The notes below the pieces were generated by a model. The model was not told the DNA's origin, searched no databases, and saw only the letters and a program-made list of their open reading frames with translations. The position numbers and the translations under genes were made by a program. A stretch of DNA of 64,000 bases from Synechococcus sp. (lineage in GTDB: Bacteria > Cyanobacteriota > Cyanobacteriia > PCC-6307 > Cyanobiaceae), in contig JBJBDL010000003.1 in the NCBI GenBank assembly GCA_047285305.1, positions 448,001 to 512,000 of the forward strand. Direction: 5' to 3'. Below are positions 21,192 to 32,065 of this stretch, piece by piece. The first letter of the stretch is position 1. Each line of letters begins with the position of its first letter.

Positions 21192-22812
21192 GGGCCTCTT
21201 GGCGATGCTCCTGCAGCTTCGTCTGACTCAAGGGGCCATCGAGATGCCCCCAGGGCAAGACCGTGTCAGAGCTCCACTCATCGTGCACCACGCTTTGCCA
21301 ACTGGGGGGGAGCGGCAAGACAACGCCTGCGCTGCGGGCTTCAGGGAGTTCACCTGCTAGGGCGGCTCTATAGGCCTTTTTCCAACCACCCAGGCTTTCT
21401 TGGGAGCCGCGCACCGCTGCGATCACGGGCGCCAGGCGTCGGTCGCTGCGGGAGAGCAGGGCCTGGATCACGCTCCAGCCGTAGCTTTCCGGACGCAGAT
21501 CAATGCCCTTGGGTTTGAGGCGTTTGGCCAGCAGTTTCAGGCGTTTTTCAGCTTCGGGGCGTACCCCCTGCCATTGGAAGGGAGTATGGGCTTTGGGAAC
21601 GAAAGTGCTTACCCCTAGGGTGAAGCGCAGTCCAGGGGTGGCTTTTTTAAGGCTCAGCAGTAGTGCTGCGGTGCTTTCCACATCGTCGTTGTCTTCGCAG
21701 GGGAGTCCCACCATTCCGTAGAGCTTCAAAGCCTTGAGGCCTCCTTGCTTGGCATGGCGGGCCGCAGCTTCAATTTCTTCGCCGCTGAGCTTTTTGTTCA
21801 CAACGCGGCGCATGCGCTCGCTGCCGCTCTCGATAGCGATGGTGAGGGATTTGCTACCTCGTCCTGCCAACACAGCCGCCAGCTTCGGAGTGACCGTTGC
21901 GGCCCGCACGGAACTGACGCTGACCCTCAGGTCATCGAAGCGGTCTTGGGCTAGCCAGTGGAGCAGATCGCTGAACTGAGGGTGCTGGGTTACGGATGCC
22001 CCCAGCAGGCCGAGGCGTTTGGTGGCTTTGAGGCCTTTCTCAACCGCAGGGATCAGCCCTTCATCTAACGATGGGGTTCGGAACGGCAGGGTCAGATAGC
22101 TGGCCAGGCAAAAGCGGCACAGTTCCGGGCAGCTGCGCACCACTTCGACCATGTGGATGTCGGGCCACGCCGCTTCCGGGGTAATCACTGTTGAGTGGCT
22201 GAGGCTGTTGCCGCGCCAAGTCTGTTTGGCTACCCGTTCTGGAAGAGTTGCATCCACCGGTGCCAACCCCAACAGGGTCCCGTCCGCTGCATAGCGGGGT
22301 GCATGGAGCTCTGGCACGTAGATCCCCGGCACTAGGGCTAGATGCTGCAGTTGTTCGGCTCGGGGTTGGCCCTTCACGCTCTGAAGGGCATCGATAAATG
22401 CGGGCAGCAGATCTTCGCCATCGCCTAGCAGCACTACATCAAAAAACGGTGCAAGGGGCTCGGGATTGGCGGTGAGCACAGGTCCGCCACCAAACACGAT
22501 TGGATGGTCGTCGGTGCGCGCGTGGCTCCAGATCGGGATGCGCTGCTGTTCCAGCAGATCGAGCAGCACTGGTCCGTCGAGTTCCCAGCTGAGAGAAAGC
22601 CCAAACAGGTCGCAGTGCCGGTGGGGTGGATCTCCTTGATCAGTGAAAAGTCGGCGCACGTCAACGTCGGACCGCATCGCCAGGGTGGACCAGACGATCT
22701 GATAACCAAGGCTGGTAATGCCAACCGTGTAAGTGCTGGGGAAGGCAAGCACCGTGCGCAGGGCTCCGGGTTCCGGCGTGGCCGGATCGAACAGCAGCGT
22801 TTCCTGGTTCAG
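21178..22812 (-). CDS. Radical SAM protein with B12-binding-like N-terminal domain
   Basis: CPELCRFC cluster motif, GGPVLTANPEP, LLGDGE. ORF-track start is GTG 22752; CTG 22812 overlapping the clc stop is preferred. Confidence 0.88.
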   Translation of the reverse strand: MNQETLLFDPATPEPGALRTVLAFPSTYTVGITSLGYQIVWSTLAMRSDVDVRRLFTDQGDPPHRHCDLFGLSLSWELDGPVLLDLLEQQRIPIWSHARTDDHPIVFGGGPVLTANPEPLAPFFDVVLLGDGEDLLPAFIDALQSVKGQPRAEQLQHLALVPGIYVPELHAPRYAADGTLLGLAPVDATLPERVAKQTWRGNSLSHSTVITPEAAWPDIHMVEVVRSCPELCRFCLASYLTLPFRTPSLDEGLIPAVEKGLKATKRLGLLGASVTQHPQFSDLLHWLAQDRFDDLRVSVSSVRAATVTPKLAAVLAGRGSKSLTIAIESGSERMRRVVNKKLSGEEIEAAARHAKQGGLKALKLYGMVGLPCEDNDDVESTAALLLSLKKATPGLRFTLGVSTFVPKAHTPFQWQGVRPEAEKRLKLLAKRLKPKGIDLRPESYGWSVIQALLSRSDRRLAPVIAAVRGSQESLGGWKKAYRAALAGELPEARSAGVVLPLPPSWQSVVHDEWSSDTVLPWGHLDGPLSQTKLQEHRQEALSLG

Positions 22813-24254
22813 CTGGGGCCTCCTGTTGGGCCTGATGGCAGGGATGGCGGCGTGAATGGACGTCTGTAGCGGTTGAGCTTCATCGTCATCCGATCTTCAG
22901 CATCGAGTTCCATGCTCATCTGACGTTCGTAGATTGAGTGGGGATGGAAAAGTCGGGCGATCACGAAGCTGGTCAGACAGGCCACCAGGATCGGTTTGAG
23001 GATCAGCAGATCCTTGGTGAGGGCAAAGGCCAGGAACATCGCCGAGATCGGCGTGCGGGAACAGCCGGCCACGAAGGCGCCCATGCCCGCGAACACATAG
23101 GTGGTGGGCACATGGCCGGTGAGGGCTTCAACGCCAGATCCCCCGGCCAAGCCAATGGCCCCTCCCAGCGTCAGCATTGGCATGAACAGTCCCCCTGGCG
23201 CTCCTGAGCCCGCCGCCAGGCCGGTGCTGAAGAAGAGCACCACAAAGCTGGCAAGGGCCAGGCTGATATCGGCTTTTCCGGCTCCGATCAGGTGCTTCAG
23301 TTCGCTGGGGTTATGAAAGGCATCCGGCAGGGCCGCATAGACGCAGCCCAGCACGAGCCCGCTTACGGTCATGCGCAGGATCAGTCGGTCCCCGAACCAA
23401 CGGTTGCCCTGCCGCTGCATGGTGAGCACGTAGCGGCTGTAGAGCTCCGCTAGCACACCTATCACCACGCCGAGAGCCACCAGATACAGCAGATCCACCG
23501 GCAGGAAGCGCACCAGGGGGGTGTACTCCCGTTCCAGTTGAAACCCGATGGTGCTGTTGAGCCCGCCGCCCCCGGGGTTGAGGCCGAGAAAGCCGAGCAC
23601 ATCCGCCAGGGTGTCGGCCGAGAAGGTGGTGATGATCACCAGCAGCAGCACCACGGGCCTGGCGGAGTGGAGCAGCTCCTCGATCGCGTAGATGAATCCA
23701 CCGATAGGAGCACTGAACACGGCGGCAATACCGGCACCACCACCGGCGGCCACAATCACCCGGCGAAAGGCCACCGGTGCTCGCAGCCAGCGGGACATCT
23801 GCCAGGCCACGGAGCCGCCCATCTGAACGGCGGGGCCTTCCGGGCCCAGGGGGAAACCCGAGCCGATGGCAATGATGCCCGCCACCAGTTTCACCAGGCC
23901 CACCCGAAGCCCCATCGGAACTGACCGGTGGCGCAGGAAGCCCATGATGTGGGTGATCCCGGCTCCGCCAGCGGCCGGAGACAGGTTGGTGATCAACCAG
24001 GCCGAGACCATACCGCCGATGGCGCCTAGGGCGGGGAGTACCACCCAGGCTGGAAATTCATCGAGCAGGTCGAGCCGCCAATCCCGCAGCAGGTTGATGC
24101 CGCTGGTGAACAGCAGGCCGGTGATGGCAGCCCCAAGGCCCGTGAGCGCCAGAGCCAAAACCACCACCAGCCAGCGGCGTTCCAACAACCTCGTGATGCT
24201 CCGGCTGGAGCCCAGGAGGTGGCGTAGTTGTTTGGGTTCGCTAAGGGATGGCAC
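22809..24254 (-). CDS. ClC family anion channel / H+ exchange transporter (no CBS domains)
   Basis: GAGIT, LGPEGPAVQMG, GLFMP and SIYE ClC signatures. Confidence 0.92.
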   Translation of the reverse strand: MPSLSEPKQLRHLLGSSRSITRLLERRWLVVVLALALTGLGAAITGLLFTSGINLLRDWRLDLLDEFPAWVVLPALGAIGGMVSAWLITNLSPAAGGAGITHIMGFLRHRSVPMGLRVGLVKLVAGIIAIGSGFPLGPEGPAVQMGGSVAWQMSRWLRAPVAFRRVIVAAGGGAGIAAVFSAPIGGFIYAIEELLHSARPVVLLLVIITTFSADTLADVLGFLGLNPGGGGLNSTIGFQLEREYTPLVRFLPVDLLYLVALGVVIGVLAELYSRYVLTMQRQGNRWFGDRLILRMTVSGLVLGCVYAALPDAFHNPSELKHLIGAGKADISLALASFVVLFFSTGLAAGSGAPGGLFMPMLTLGGAIGLAGGSGVEALTGHVPTTYVFAGMGAFVAGCSRTPISAMFLAFALTKDLLILKPILVACLTSFVIARLFHPHSIYERQMSMELDAEDRMTMKLNRYRRPFTPPSLPSGPTGGPS

Positions 24255-24272
24255 AGATGAGGTGATTCGGGA

Positions 24273-26855
24273 TCAGGCCTGAGCCAGAACGGTTGCTTCG
24301 TCGTCAGCACTGACCACGCGCCCCTGGTCTTCAAAGCCGCTGATCTGATCGAAGTTCAGGTAGCGGTAGAGCTCATCGGAGAGGGGATCGATCTTCTCGG
24401 CCGCAATGCTGCGGTATTCCTCCGGGGTGGGAATGCGTCCCAGCTGGGCGCAGACGGCGGCGAGTTCGGCGCTGCCCAGGTACACCTGAGCACCTTTGCC
24501 AAGGCGGTTGTTGAAGTTGCGGGTGCTGGTGGAGAACACGGTGGTGTTGTCCTCCACGCGGGCTTGGTTGCCCATGCAGAGAGAGCAACCCGGCATCTCC
24601 ATGCGTGACCCGGCGGCCTCGAAGGTGGCGTAGTAGCCCTCCTCTTTGAGGGTCTCTTCGTCCATCCGCGTTGGGGGACAGACCCAGAGGCGCGCCGTGT
24701 TCTGGCCGGCGCCTTCCAGCACCTTGGCCGCGGCGCGGTAGTGGCCGATGTTGGTCATGCAGGAGCCGATGAACACCTCCTGCACAGGGTCACCAGCCAC
24801 CTCGCTGAGCAGCTTCACGTTGTCGGGATCGTTGGGGCAGGCCACCACCGGTTCGGTGAGCTCGTCGAGGTTGATTTCCAGCACTTCCGCGTACTCCGCG
24901 TCTGCGTCAGCACTCATCAGCTGGGGATTCGCCAGCCAGGCCTCCATCTCCTTGATCCGGCGGGCCAGGGTGCGGGCGTCGCTGTAGCCGCGGGCGATCA
25001 TGTTTTTCAGCAGCGCCACGTTGCTGCGCAGGTATTCGCTCACCGTATCTTCAGAGAGTTTGATCGTGCAGCCGGCGCAGGAGCGTTCGGCGCTGGCATC
25101 GGTGAGTTCGAAGGCCTGTTCCAGCTTCAGGTCGGGCAGACCTTCGATCTCCATAATCCGGCCGTTGAACAGATTCTTCTTGTTGGCTTTTTCAACGGTG
25201 AGCAGTCCCCGCTGGATGGCCACCCAGGGGATGGCGTTCACCACGTCCCGGAGCGTGACGCCCGGTTGAAGGGATCCGCTGAAGCGCACCAGCACCGATT
25301 CAGGCATGTCCAGTGGCATGGCGCCGATGGCGGCTGCAAAGGCCACAACCCCAGAGCCGCCTGGGAAGGAAATGCCAAGGGGGAACCGGGTGTGGCTGTC
25401 GCCGCCAGTGCCGACGGTGTCGGGAAGAAGCATCCGGTTCAGCCAGCTGTGGATGATGCCGTCACCGGGTCGAAGGGCCACTCCACCGCGCTGGGCGAAG
25501 AAGTCGGGCAGTTCGTTCTGGGTCTGCAGATCTACCGGCTTCGGATAGGCGGCGGTGTGGCAGAAGCTCTGCATCACCAAGTCGGAGGAGAAGCCCAGGC
25601 AGGCCAGTTCCTTCATTTCGTCCCGCGTCATCGGGCCGGTGGTGTCCTGGGAGCCGACGGTGGTCATCAGCGGTTCGCAGCTGGTGCCGGGTCGGACGCC
25701 TGCAAGACCGCAGGCCTTGCCCACCATCTTCTGCGCCAGGGTGAAGCCCTTGCCGGTGTCTGCCGGGGCTGAGGGGCGGATGAACAGATCCGAAGGGGTG
25801 AGGCCAAGCTTGGCGCGCACCTTGTCGGTGAGAGCGCGACCGATCATCAGGGGGATGCGACCACCGGCCCGCACCTCGTCGCTGATCGTGGTGGGCTTCA
25901 GCTCGAACCGACTCACCACCTTGCCGTCCCGTTCGATCGTGCCGGCGTGGGGGCGAATGGTGATCACATCACCGGTGTTCAGGTCGGTGACATCGCATTC
26001 GATTGGCAGGGCACCGGAGTCTTCAGCGGTGTTGAAGAAGATCGGAGCGATCTTGCCGCCGAGGATCACGCCGCCCGCCCGTTTGTTAGGCACATGGGGA
26101 ATGTCATTGCCGGTGTGCCAGAGCACCGAATTGATGGCGCTCTTGCGGGAGCTTCCGGTTCCTACCACATCACCGACGTAAGCTACGGGATGGCCTTTCT
26201 CTTTCAGGCCTGCGATGGTTTTCAGGCCCTCTGGATCGCGGGTCTCGAGCATCGCCAGGGCATGGACGGGGATGTCCGGCCGGGTGGTGGCATGGGTGGC
26301 CGGCGACAGATCGTCGGTGTTGGTTTCGCCTTCAACCTTGAACACCGTCACTGTGATGCTCTCGGCCAGTTCGGGCTTGGCGGTGAACCACTCGGCTGCG
26401 GCCCAGCTGTCCACAACTTGCTTGGCGAAGCGGTTGTCCGCCGCCAGATCCATCACTTCGTTGAATGCGTCGTAGACGAGCAGCGTTCGGCTGAGTCCCT
26501 CAGCAGCACAGCCAGCCAGCGCAGCGTCGGAGTGCTTCAGCAGCTCGATTAGGGCGGCGACGTTGTATCCCCCCACCATCGTTCCCAGCAGACGGGTGGC
26601 CTCCAGTGATGACACCAGGGGGCTCTTGACGTCTCCCTGAGCCACGGCACTGAGCCAGGTGGCCTTCACGTAGGCCGCTTCATCCACACCCGGGGGGATC
26701 CGCTCGCTCAGCAGGTGCAGCAGGAACTCCTCCTCGCCGGCGGGAGGGTTCTGCAGCAATTCGGTCAGTCCCTTGGTCTGCTCGGCGTTGAGCGGAAGAG
26801 CGGGAACGCCCTGGGCTTCCCGGGCGGCAGCCAGCTCGCGGTAAGCGCTCAGCAT
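24273..26855 (-). CDS. acnB: Aconitate hydratase B
   Basis: 860 aa; [49 protein letters not shown]. Confidence 0.98.
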   Translation of the reverse strand: MLSAYRELAAAREAQGVPALPLNAEQTKGLTELLQNPPAGEEEFLLHLLSERIPPGVDEAAYVKATWLSAVAQGDVKSPLVSSLEATRLLGTMVGGYNVAALIELLKHSDAALAGCAAEGLSRTLLVYDAFNEVMDLAADNRFAKQVVDSWAAAEWFTAKPELAESITVTVFKVEGETNTDDLSPATHATTRPDIPVHALAMLETRDPEGLKTIAGLKEKGHPVAYVGDVVGTGSSRKSAINSVLWHTGNDIPHVPNKRAGGVILGGKIAPIFFNTAEDSGALPIECDVTDLNTGDVITIRPHAGTIERDGKVVSRFELKPTTISDEVRAGGRIPLMIGRALTDKVRAKLGLTPSDLFIRPSAPADTGKGFTLAQKMVGKACGLAGVRPGTSCEPLMTTVGSQDTTGPMTRDEMKELACLGFSSDLVMQSFCHTAAYPKPVDLQTQNELPDFFAQRGGVALRPGDGIIHSWLNRMLLPDTVGTGGDSHTRFPLGISFPGGSGVVAFAAAIGAMPLDMPESVLVRFSGSLQPGVTLRDVVNAIPWVAIQRGLLTVEKANKKNLFNGRIMEIEGLPDLKLEQAFELTDASAERSCAGCTIKLSEDTVSEYLRSNVALLKNMIARGYSDARTLARRIKEMEAWLANPQLMSADADAEYAEVLEINLDELTEPVVACPNDPDNVKLLSEVAGDPVQEVFIGSCMTNIGHYRAAAKVLEGAGQNTARLWVCPPTRMDEETLKEEGYYATFEAAGSRMEMPGCSLCMGNQARVEDNTTVFSTSTRNFNNRLGKGAQVYLGSAELAAVCAQLGRIPTPEEYRSIAAEKIDPLSDELYRYLNFDQISGFEDQGRVVSADDEATVLAQA

Positions 26856-26951
26856 GGAGATCTCTGTTCAGGGATGACCACTATTCTTCCGGACCGTGTC
26901 TGTTGCCAGTGAGCGGGGTGCGTAGCCTTGGTCGGAGTCTCGCGTCCAGTC

Positions 26952-28019
26952 ATGGCCACCACCTCCGATTTGCATGTGGTGGAGACACGTCCCTTGGTGG
27001 CCCCTGCCGTGTTGCATCAGGAGCTGCCCATGGACGCGGCGGCACTCGAAACGGTGGCGTCTGCCCGCCGGCGCATTCAAGACATCCTCAGTGGCCGTGA
27101 TCAGCGCCTGCTGGTGGTGGTGGGCCCCTGCTCTGTCCATGACGTCAAAGCAGCCCGGGAGTATGCCCAGCGCCTGGCTCCGATCCGCGAGCGTTTGAAG
27201 GATCAGCTCGAGGTGGTGATGAGGGTGTATTTCGAGAAGCCGCGCACCACAGTCGGTTGGAAGGGACTGATCAACGACCCCCACCTCGACGACTCCTACG
27301 ACATCAACACCGGTCTGCGGCGGGCTCGGGGATTGCTGTTGGATCTCGCCCGGGAGGGGATGCCTGCTGCAACGGAACTGCTCGATCCTGTTGTTCCGCA
27401 GTACATCGCTGATTTGATCAGTTGGACCGCGATTGGCGCCAGGACGACAGAAAGTCAGACCCACCGTGAAATGGCTTCAGGGTTGTCGATGCCTATCGGC
27501 TACAAGAACGGCACCAACGGCAGCGCCACCATCGCGATCAATGCCATGCAGGCGGCAGCCAAGCCGCATCACTTCCTCGGCATCAATCGCGATGGTCATG
27601 CCTCGATCGTCAGCACCACGGGAAATCCCTATGGCCACCTTGTGCTGCGCGGCGGCAGCCAGGGCAGCAATTACCACTTGGAGGCTGTGCAGGAGTCCGC
27701 AGCCGAGTTGAGCAAAGCCGGTCTGCAGGATCGTCTGATGGTGGATTGCAGCCATGCCAACAGCAATAAAGACTTCCGCCGACAGGCGGAGGTGCTGGCC
27801 AGCGTTGCTGAGCAGTTGCGGGAGGGCTCCAATCACGTGATGGGCGTGATGATCGAGAGCCATCTGGTGGAAGGCAACCAGAAGCTCAACGCCGACCTGA
27901 CGCAGCTGACCTATGGCCAGAGCGTCACGGATGCCTGCATCAGCCTCGAGACCACCGAAACCTTGTTGGAGGATCTGGCCGCGGCCGTGGCCAGTCGCAA
28001 ACAGACAGTTATCGCCTGA
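26952..28019 (+). CDS. aroF: 3-deoxy-7-phosphoheptulonate (DAHP) synthase, class I
   Basis: GPCSVHD, RVYFEKPRTTVGWKG, IGARTTESQ, DCSHANS, YGQSVTDAC. Confidence 0.95.
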   Translation: MATTSDLHVVETRPLVAPAVLHQELPMDAAALETVASARRRIQDILSGRDQRLLVVVGPCSVHDVKAAREYAQRLAPIRERLKDQLEVVMRVYFEKPRTTVGWKGLINDPHLDDSYDINTGLRRARGLLLDLAREGMPAATELLDPVVPQYIADLISWTAIGARTTESQTHREMASGLSMPIGYKNGTNGSATIAINAMQAAAKPHHFLGINRDGHASIVSTTGNPYGHLVLRGGSQGSNYHLEAVQESAAELSKAGLQDRLMVDCSHANSNKDFRRQAEVLASVAEQLREGSNHVMGVMIESHLVEGNQKLNADLTQLTYGQSVTDACISLETTETLLEDLAAAVASRKQTVIA

Positions 28020-28035
28020 GCATCAACGCTTTGGT

Positions 28036-28686
28036 TCAGACCACCAGTTGACTCCACAGCACCCCCACGCTGAGGGGAACGCTGAGGTTGTCGAGACCGC
28101 TCCAGCTGAGCTGCTCCAAACTGGTTGCCATGGCCACCATGCAAACGGCTGCTTGCAGGGATAGGTCAGCCCCCGACCATCGCGCCAGGCCAATCAGCAC
28201 CAAGCCTGAGACAACGGCCATGGTCATCGTGCCGACGCTTGATTTGGTCTGACCAAACAGAATCCACTTCGGGGACTCGACGTTGCGGCCGATCAACGCT
28301 GCAAGGCCATCCCCCAGGGCCATCACCAGAACCCCGGCGGACACCGCATCGGCTCGGGTTGGCCAGAACAGCAGAAGCAGCGTTGTGATTGCGATGCCGT
28401 AGGCGATGGTGCCGTAGCTGTTGCGATCAACATCCTCAACGGCGGGGATGAAGCGCCATTGGTGGTTGATCGTCGTCACAACTGTGATCACCGCCGCAAC
28501 AGGCAGGGCAATGACGAAGGGAATTTCAAAGAACCAGGCCAAGGGAACCACGGCTCCGGTTCCGATGTGGACAATTTTTCGGCTCAGTTCCCGTTGGTTC
28601 GGCCGAAGCCGGCGGCACAAAACCGCGCCTGCTATCACCATCGCCATCCAGGTCAGGATGGCGATGGGTCCGGTGATGGAAAGCAA
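28036..28686 (-). CDS. Phytol/dolichol/diacylglycerol kinase family membrane protein
   Basis: RKIVHIGTG, GDGLAALIG, KSSVG, DNLSVP. Confidence 0.88.
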   Translation of the reverse strand: MLSITGPIAILTWMAMVIAGAVLCRRLRPNQRELSRKIVHIGTGAVVPLAWFFEIPFVIALPVAAVITVVTTINHQWRFIPAVEDVDRNSYGTIAYGIAITTLLLLFWPTRADAVSAGVLVMALGDGLAALIGRNVESPKWILFGQTKSSVGTMTMAVVSGLVLIGLARWSGADLSLQAAVCMVAMATSLEQLSWSGLDNLSVPLSVGVLWSQLVV

Positions 28687-28691
28687 GTTGC

Positions 28692-29681
28692 TTAGGCGGC
28701 TTGTTGGTGGTTGGTCATGGCGCGTAGCTTGAGAATCGCTTTGGCCTCCAGCTGTCGGACGCGCTCGCGCGACACATTGATCTGACGACCGATCTCCGCA
28801 AGAGTCAGAGGCTCTTCACCACCAAGACCGAACCGCAACTTCAGAATCTTCTGCTCGCGTTCATTCAACTGCGACAGCCAGCCCCCCAGATGTTCCTTCT
28901 GGATGCTGCGATCCATCCCCTCCATCGGCTCTTCACCGTTGGGATCCGGGATCAGTTCGCCCAGGGTGCTGCGATCTTCCTCGCCACGGGCATGGGCATC
29001 CAGTGATGCACAGGGTGCGCTCTGGGAGATCAGATCCTCCAGTTCCCGGGGCTCGATGCCCATGGCACTCGCCAACTCGAGCCGATTCGGTTGACGACCG
29101 AATCGGTGGGACAGCTCCCGGGAGATGCGACGCATCTTGGAAAGCTTTTCGCTGATGTGGATTGGCAGGCGAATGGTGCGAGCACTGTTGTCGATGGCCC
29201 GCGTCATGCCTTGGCGAATCCACCAGTAGGCATAGGTGGAAAATTTGTAGCCCATGGCGGGGTCGAACTTGTCGACCGCTCGCTCCAGCCCGATCGCACC
29301 TTCTTGAACCAGATCGAGCAGCTCCAGGCCCTGGTTCTGGTATTTCTTCGCCACGCTCACCACGAGCCGGAGGTTGGCGGCCATCATCCTGTCACGGGCT
29401 CGTTTGCCCATGCGGATCTTGTGGCGATGCCGGGAGGTCAGCTCCTCTTCCGGTAGCTCCTGAAGTTGCTTCATCGCTTGCACATGGTGTGCAAGTTCGA
29501 TCTCTTCAGCTGCCGTCAGCAAGGGGATACGTCCGATGCTGCTCAGATAAAAACCAATGGAGTCGGTGGCAAGCCGCCCTCCTTGTCGAGTCGATGGTCG
29601 ACGTCCGGTGGACGGCAACGCAGGTTCCTTCCGGGACGACTGTTTTGTCGTGCCGGAAGATTCCAGAGGGATCCCCATCAC
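28692..29681 (-). CDS. Group 2 RpoD/SigA-family RNA polymerase sigma factor
   Basis: YLSSIGRIPLLT, ANLRLVVSVAKKY, YKFSTYAYWWIRQ, RERVRQLE; 329 aa with a short N-terminus. Confidence 0.93.
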   Translation of the reverse strand: MMGIPLESSGTTKQSSRKEPALPSTGRRPSTRQGGRLATDSIGFYLSSIGRIPLLTAAEEIELAHHVQAMKQLQELPEEELTSRHRHKIRMGKRARDRMMAANLRLVVSVAKKYQNQGLELLDLVQEGAIGLERAVDKFDPAMGYKFSTYAYWWIRQGMTRAIDNSARTIRLPIHISEKLSKMRRISRELSHRFGRQPNRLELASAMGIEPRELEDLISQSAPCASLDAHARGEEDRSTLGELIPDPNGEEPMEGMDRSIQKEHLGGWLSQLNEREQKILKLRFGLGGEEPLTLAEIGRQINVSRERVRQLEAKAILKLRAMTNHQQAA

Positions 29682-29837
29682 CCTGGTCTCCTGAATGAAT
29701 TTGGGCTGAACTTAGCACCAAGCAACAGTGCTGACTGTTTCGAATCGAAAGAATTTCAGGAGCTGAATCTTTGGGCTTTCAAAACAACTGATTCGGCCGT
29801 GATCGTGGCAACTTCAAGTTTGTTTTTGAAGGAATGT

Positions 29838-29853
29838 TGTATCGGATGTCACA
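29838..29853. promoter_or_regulatory. NtcA-like box upstream of the sigma factor
   Basis: TGTA-TCGGATGT-CACA, one mismatch to GTA-N8-TAC, in an AT-rich intergenic region. Confidence 0.5.
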
Positions 29854-29881
29854 GACGTAATCTCTTTGAAAACCAAAAGAA

Positions 29882-32020
29882 TCACAAGGATTGGATGCCG
29901 TTACTCCATTCCTTGATCAATTGAATCTGGGAATTGCGTTCCGAGGCGTCGTTTTCGGGTTTGCGCTGCACAAATGTGCCGTCGCTCTGCATGTCCCAGG
30001 CAGCCTGGTTGTCATTCAAGTACAGCTGCAGCAGGCGTTCCAGTTTCTGGCGATGCTCGGGATCTTCGATTGGTGTGACCGCTTCAATGCGGCGGTCAAG
30101 GTTGCGGCTCATCCAGTCGGCGCTGCCGATGTACACCTCTGGTGAGCCGCCGTTGGCGAACGAAAAGATTCTCGAGTGTTCCAGGAATGGGCCGATGATG
30201 CTGATCACCCGAATGTTTTCACTCAGTCCTTCACAACAGGGAAAGAGGCTGCACATGCCCCGAATGATCAATTCGATCGTCACTCCGGCTTGGGACGCTT
30301 CATAAAGAAGCGCAATGATCGTTGGGTCCACCAGGGAATTCATCTTGGCTCGGATCACGGCCTCTCGGCCCTGATGAGCATGTTCAATTTCGCGGCGGAT
30401 CAACAGCTCCATACCTTTCCGCAGGGTGACGGGGGCCACGAGCAGGCGACGAAAACTTTGCTGCTTGGAAAAACCGGTGAGGTAATTGAACAGTTCCACC
30501 AGGTCTTGACCCAGTTCCTGGTTAGCGGTGAGCAGGCCCAGGTCGGTGTAGAGCTTGGAGGTTTTGGAGTTGTAGTTACCTGTGCCGATGTGCACATAGC
30601 TCTGAAGCTTGTCCTTCTCCTTGCGCACCACCAGAACAATCTTGGTGTGGGTTTTCAGTCCCAGCACCCCATAGACCACATGCACTCCGGACTGCTCCAG
30701 GTGCCGGGCCCATTGGATGTTGTTGTCTTCGTCAAATCGTGCTTTCAATTCCACCAGTGCCATCACCTGCTTGCCGTTTTCGGCGGCACGGATCAGTGCA
30801 GCGATGATCGGCGAGTCTTTGGAGGTGCGGTAGAGCGTCATCTTGATGCCCATCACCTGGGGATCGTCCGCCGCCTGGTTGATGAACTCTTCAACGGTTG
30901 TTGAGAAGAGGTCATAGGGATGGTGCAGAAGGATGTCCTGTCGGCGAATCACCGAGAAGATTGATCTGAACTCATCCGGCTTGATCGCTCCCTCGTCCAG
31001 CAGGTGTTGCTGACTGCGGGCAAGCACCGTCGGTGTCTGGCCTCCGTGGCTTTGGCTCTTGAGTTTCGGCAGCGGTAGTGCGGTCAGGCTGAGCAGGTCG
31101 TCTAGGCCCAGGGGGCCATCGATCACATAGAGGTCTTCCTCTTCAACGCTGAGTCCTGTCATCAGCATCTCCACCACGTCCTGAGGCATTTCGTTGGGCA
31201 CCTCGAGGCGCACCACCTCACCGCCCATGCGTCGCTTTCGCAGTCCCTGTTCAAGGGCCAGCATCAGGTCATCGGCTTCCAGATCTCTCAGCTCTAGATC
31301 CGCATCCCGCGTCACGCGGAAGAAGTAGTGCCCCTCGATCGTCATGCCAGGGAACAGCTCCTTCAGGTTGAAGGCGATCACCTGCTCGAGGGCGATGGCG
31401 GTGTGAACGGGTTTGTGCCCCTGGCTGCTCAGATTCGAGGGGATGGCGATGAAGCGAGGCAGATTTTTCTGGGGAACTTTCACACGGGCAAATTGCCGTT
31501 GCCCTGTTTCCGGATCAACAACCACGGCCGCAACGTTGAGGCTCAGGTTGCTTACGAAGGGGAACGGATGGGCGGGGTCCACAGCCAGCGGTGTGAGCAC
31601 CGGAAACACCGAGGTCTGGAAGGTGTCGTCAACCCACTGGCGTTGGCCGTCGTTCAGCTGTTTGTAATCGAGCAGCTCAACCTTGTGTTCCAGCAGCTTC
31701 GGCCTCAGGTGCTGGCGGTAATGCACCTGTTGCTCTCGCAGCAGGGGAATCAGCTCTTCCCGGATCGCCAGCAGCTGCTCCAAGGGCGATTTGCCATCCT
31801 CACTTGGCTTGCTGACGCCCGCCTCAACCTGAGACTTCAGTGACGCCACGCGAACCATGAAGAATTCGTCGAGGTTGTTGCTGAAGATGGCGCTGAACTT
31901 GGCTTGATCGAGCAGAGGTGTGCGCGTATCCAGGGCCTGGGCCAGCACCCTTTCGTTGAAGGCGATCCAGCTCAGCTCCCGGTTGATGTAGTGCTCCGGG
32001 GCTAAGGCTGCTGCGCACAT
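29882..32020 (-). CDS. ppk1: Polyphosphate kinase 1
   Basis: NRELSWIAFNERV, NLDEFFMVRV, LHHPY, KTHTK, GTGNYN, FLEHSR. Confidence 0.98.
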   Translation of the reverse strand: MCAAALAPEHYINRELSWIAFNERVLAQALDTRTPLLDQAKFSAIFSNNLDEFFMVRVASLKSQVEAGVSKPSEDGKSPLEQLLAIREELIPLLREQQVHYRQHLRPKLLEHKVELLDYKQLNDGQRQWVDDTFQTSVFPVLTPLAVDPAHPFPFVSNLSLNVAAVVVDPETGQRQFARVKVPQKNLPRFIAIPSNLSSQGHKPVHTAIALEQVIAFNLKELFPGMTIEGHYFFRVTRDADLELRDLEADDLMLALEQGLRKRRMGGEVVRLEVPNEMPQDVVEMLMTGLSVEEEDLYVIDGPLGLDDLLSLTALPLPKLKSQSHGGQTPTVLARSQQHLLDEGAIKPDEFRSIFSVIRRQDILLHHPYDLFSTTVEEFINQAADDPQVMGIKMTLYRTSKDSPIIAALIRAAENGKQVMALVELKARFDEDNNIQWARHLEQSGVHVVYGVLGLKTHTKIVLVVRKEKDKLQSYVHIGTGNYNSKTSKLYTDLGLLTANQELGQDLVELFNYLTGFSKQQSFRRLLVAPVTLRKGMELLIRREIEHAHQGREAVIRAKMNSLVDPTIIALLYEASQAGVTIELIIRGMCSLFPCCEGLSENIRVISIIGPFLEHSRIFSFANGGSPEVYIGSADWMSRNLDRRIEAVTPIEDPEHRQKLERLLQLYLNDNQAAWDMQSDGTFVQRKPENDASERNSQIQLIKEWSNGIQSL

Positions 32021-32065
32021 GGGCTGAACGGCTCGGCGCTGGTGTCATTAGCCGAAACGTAGCAA

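Noticed and set aside
24741..26552. Plus-strand ORFs of 200-340 aa opposite acnB
   Set aside because: Antisense shadows of an unambiguous gene.
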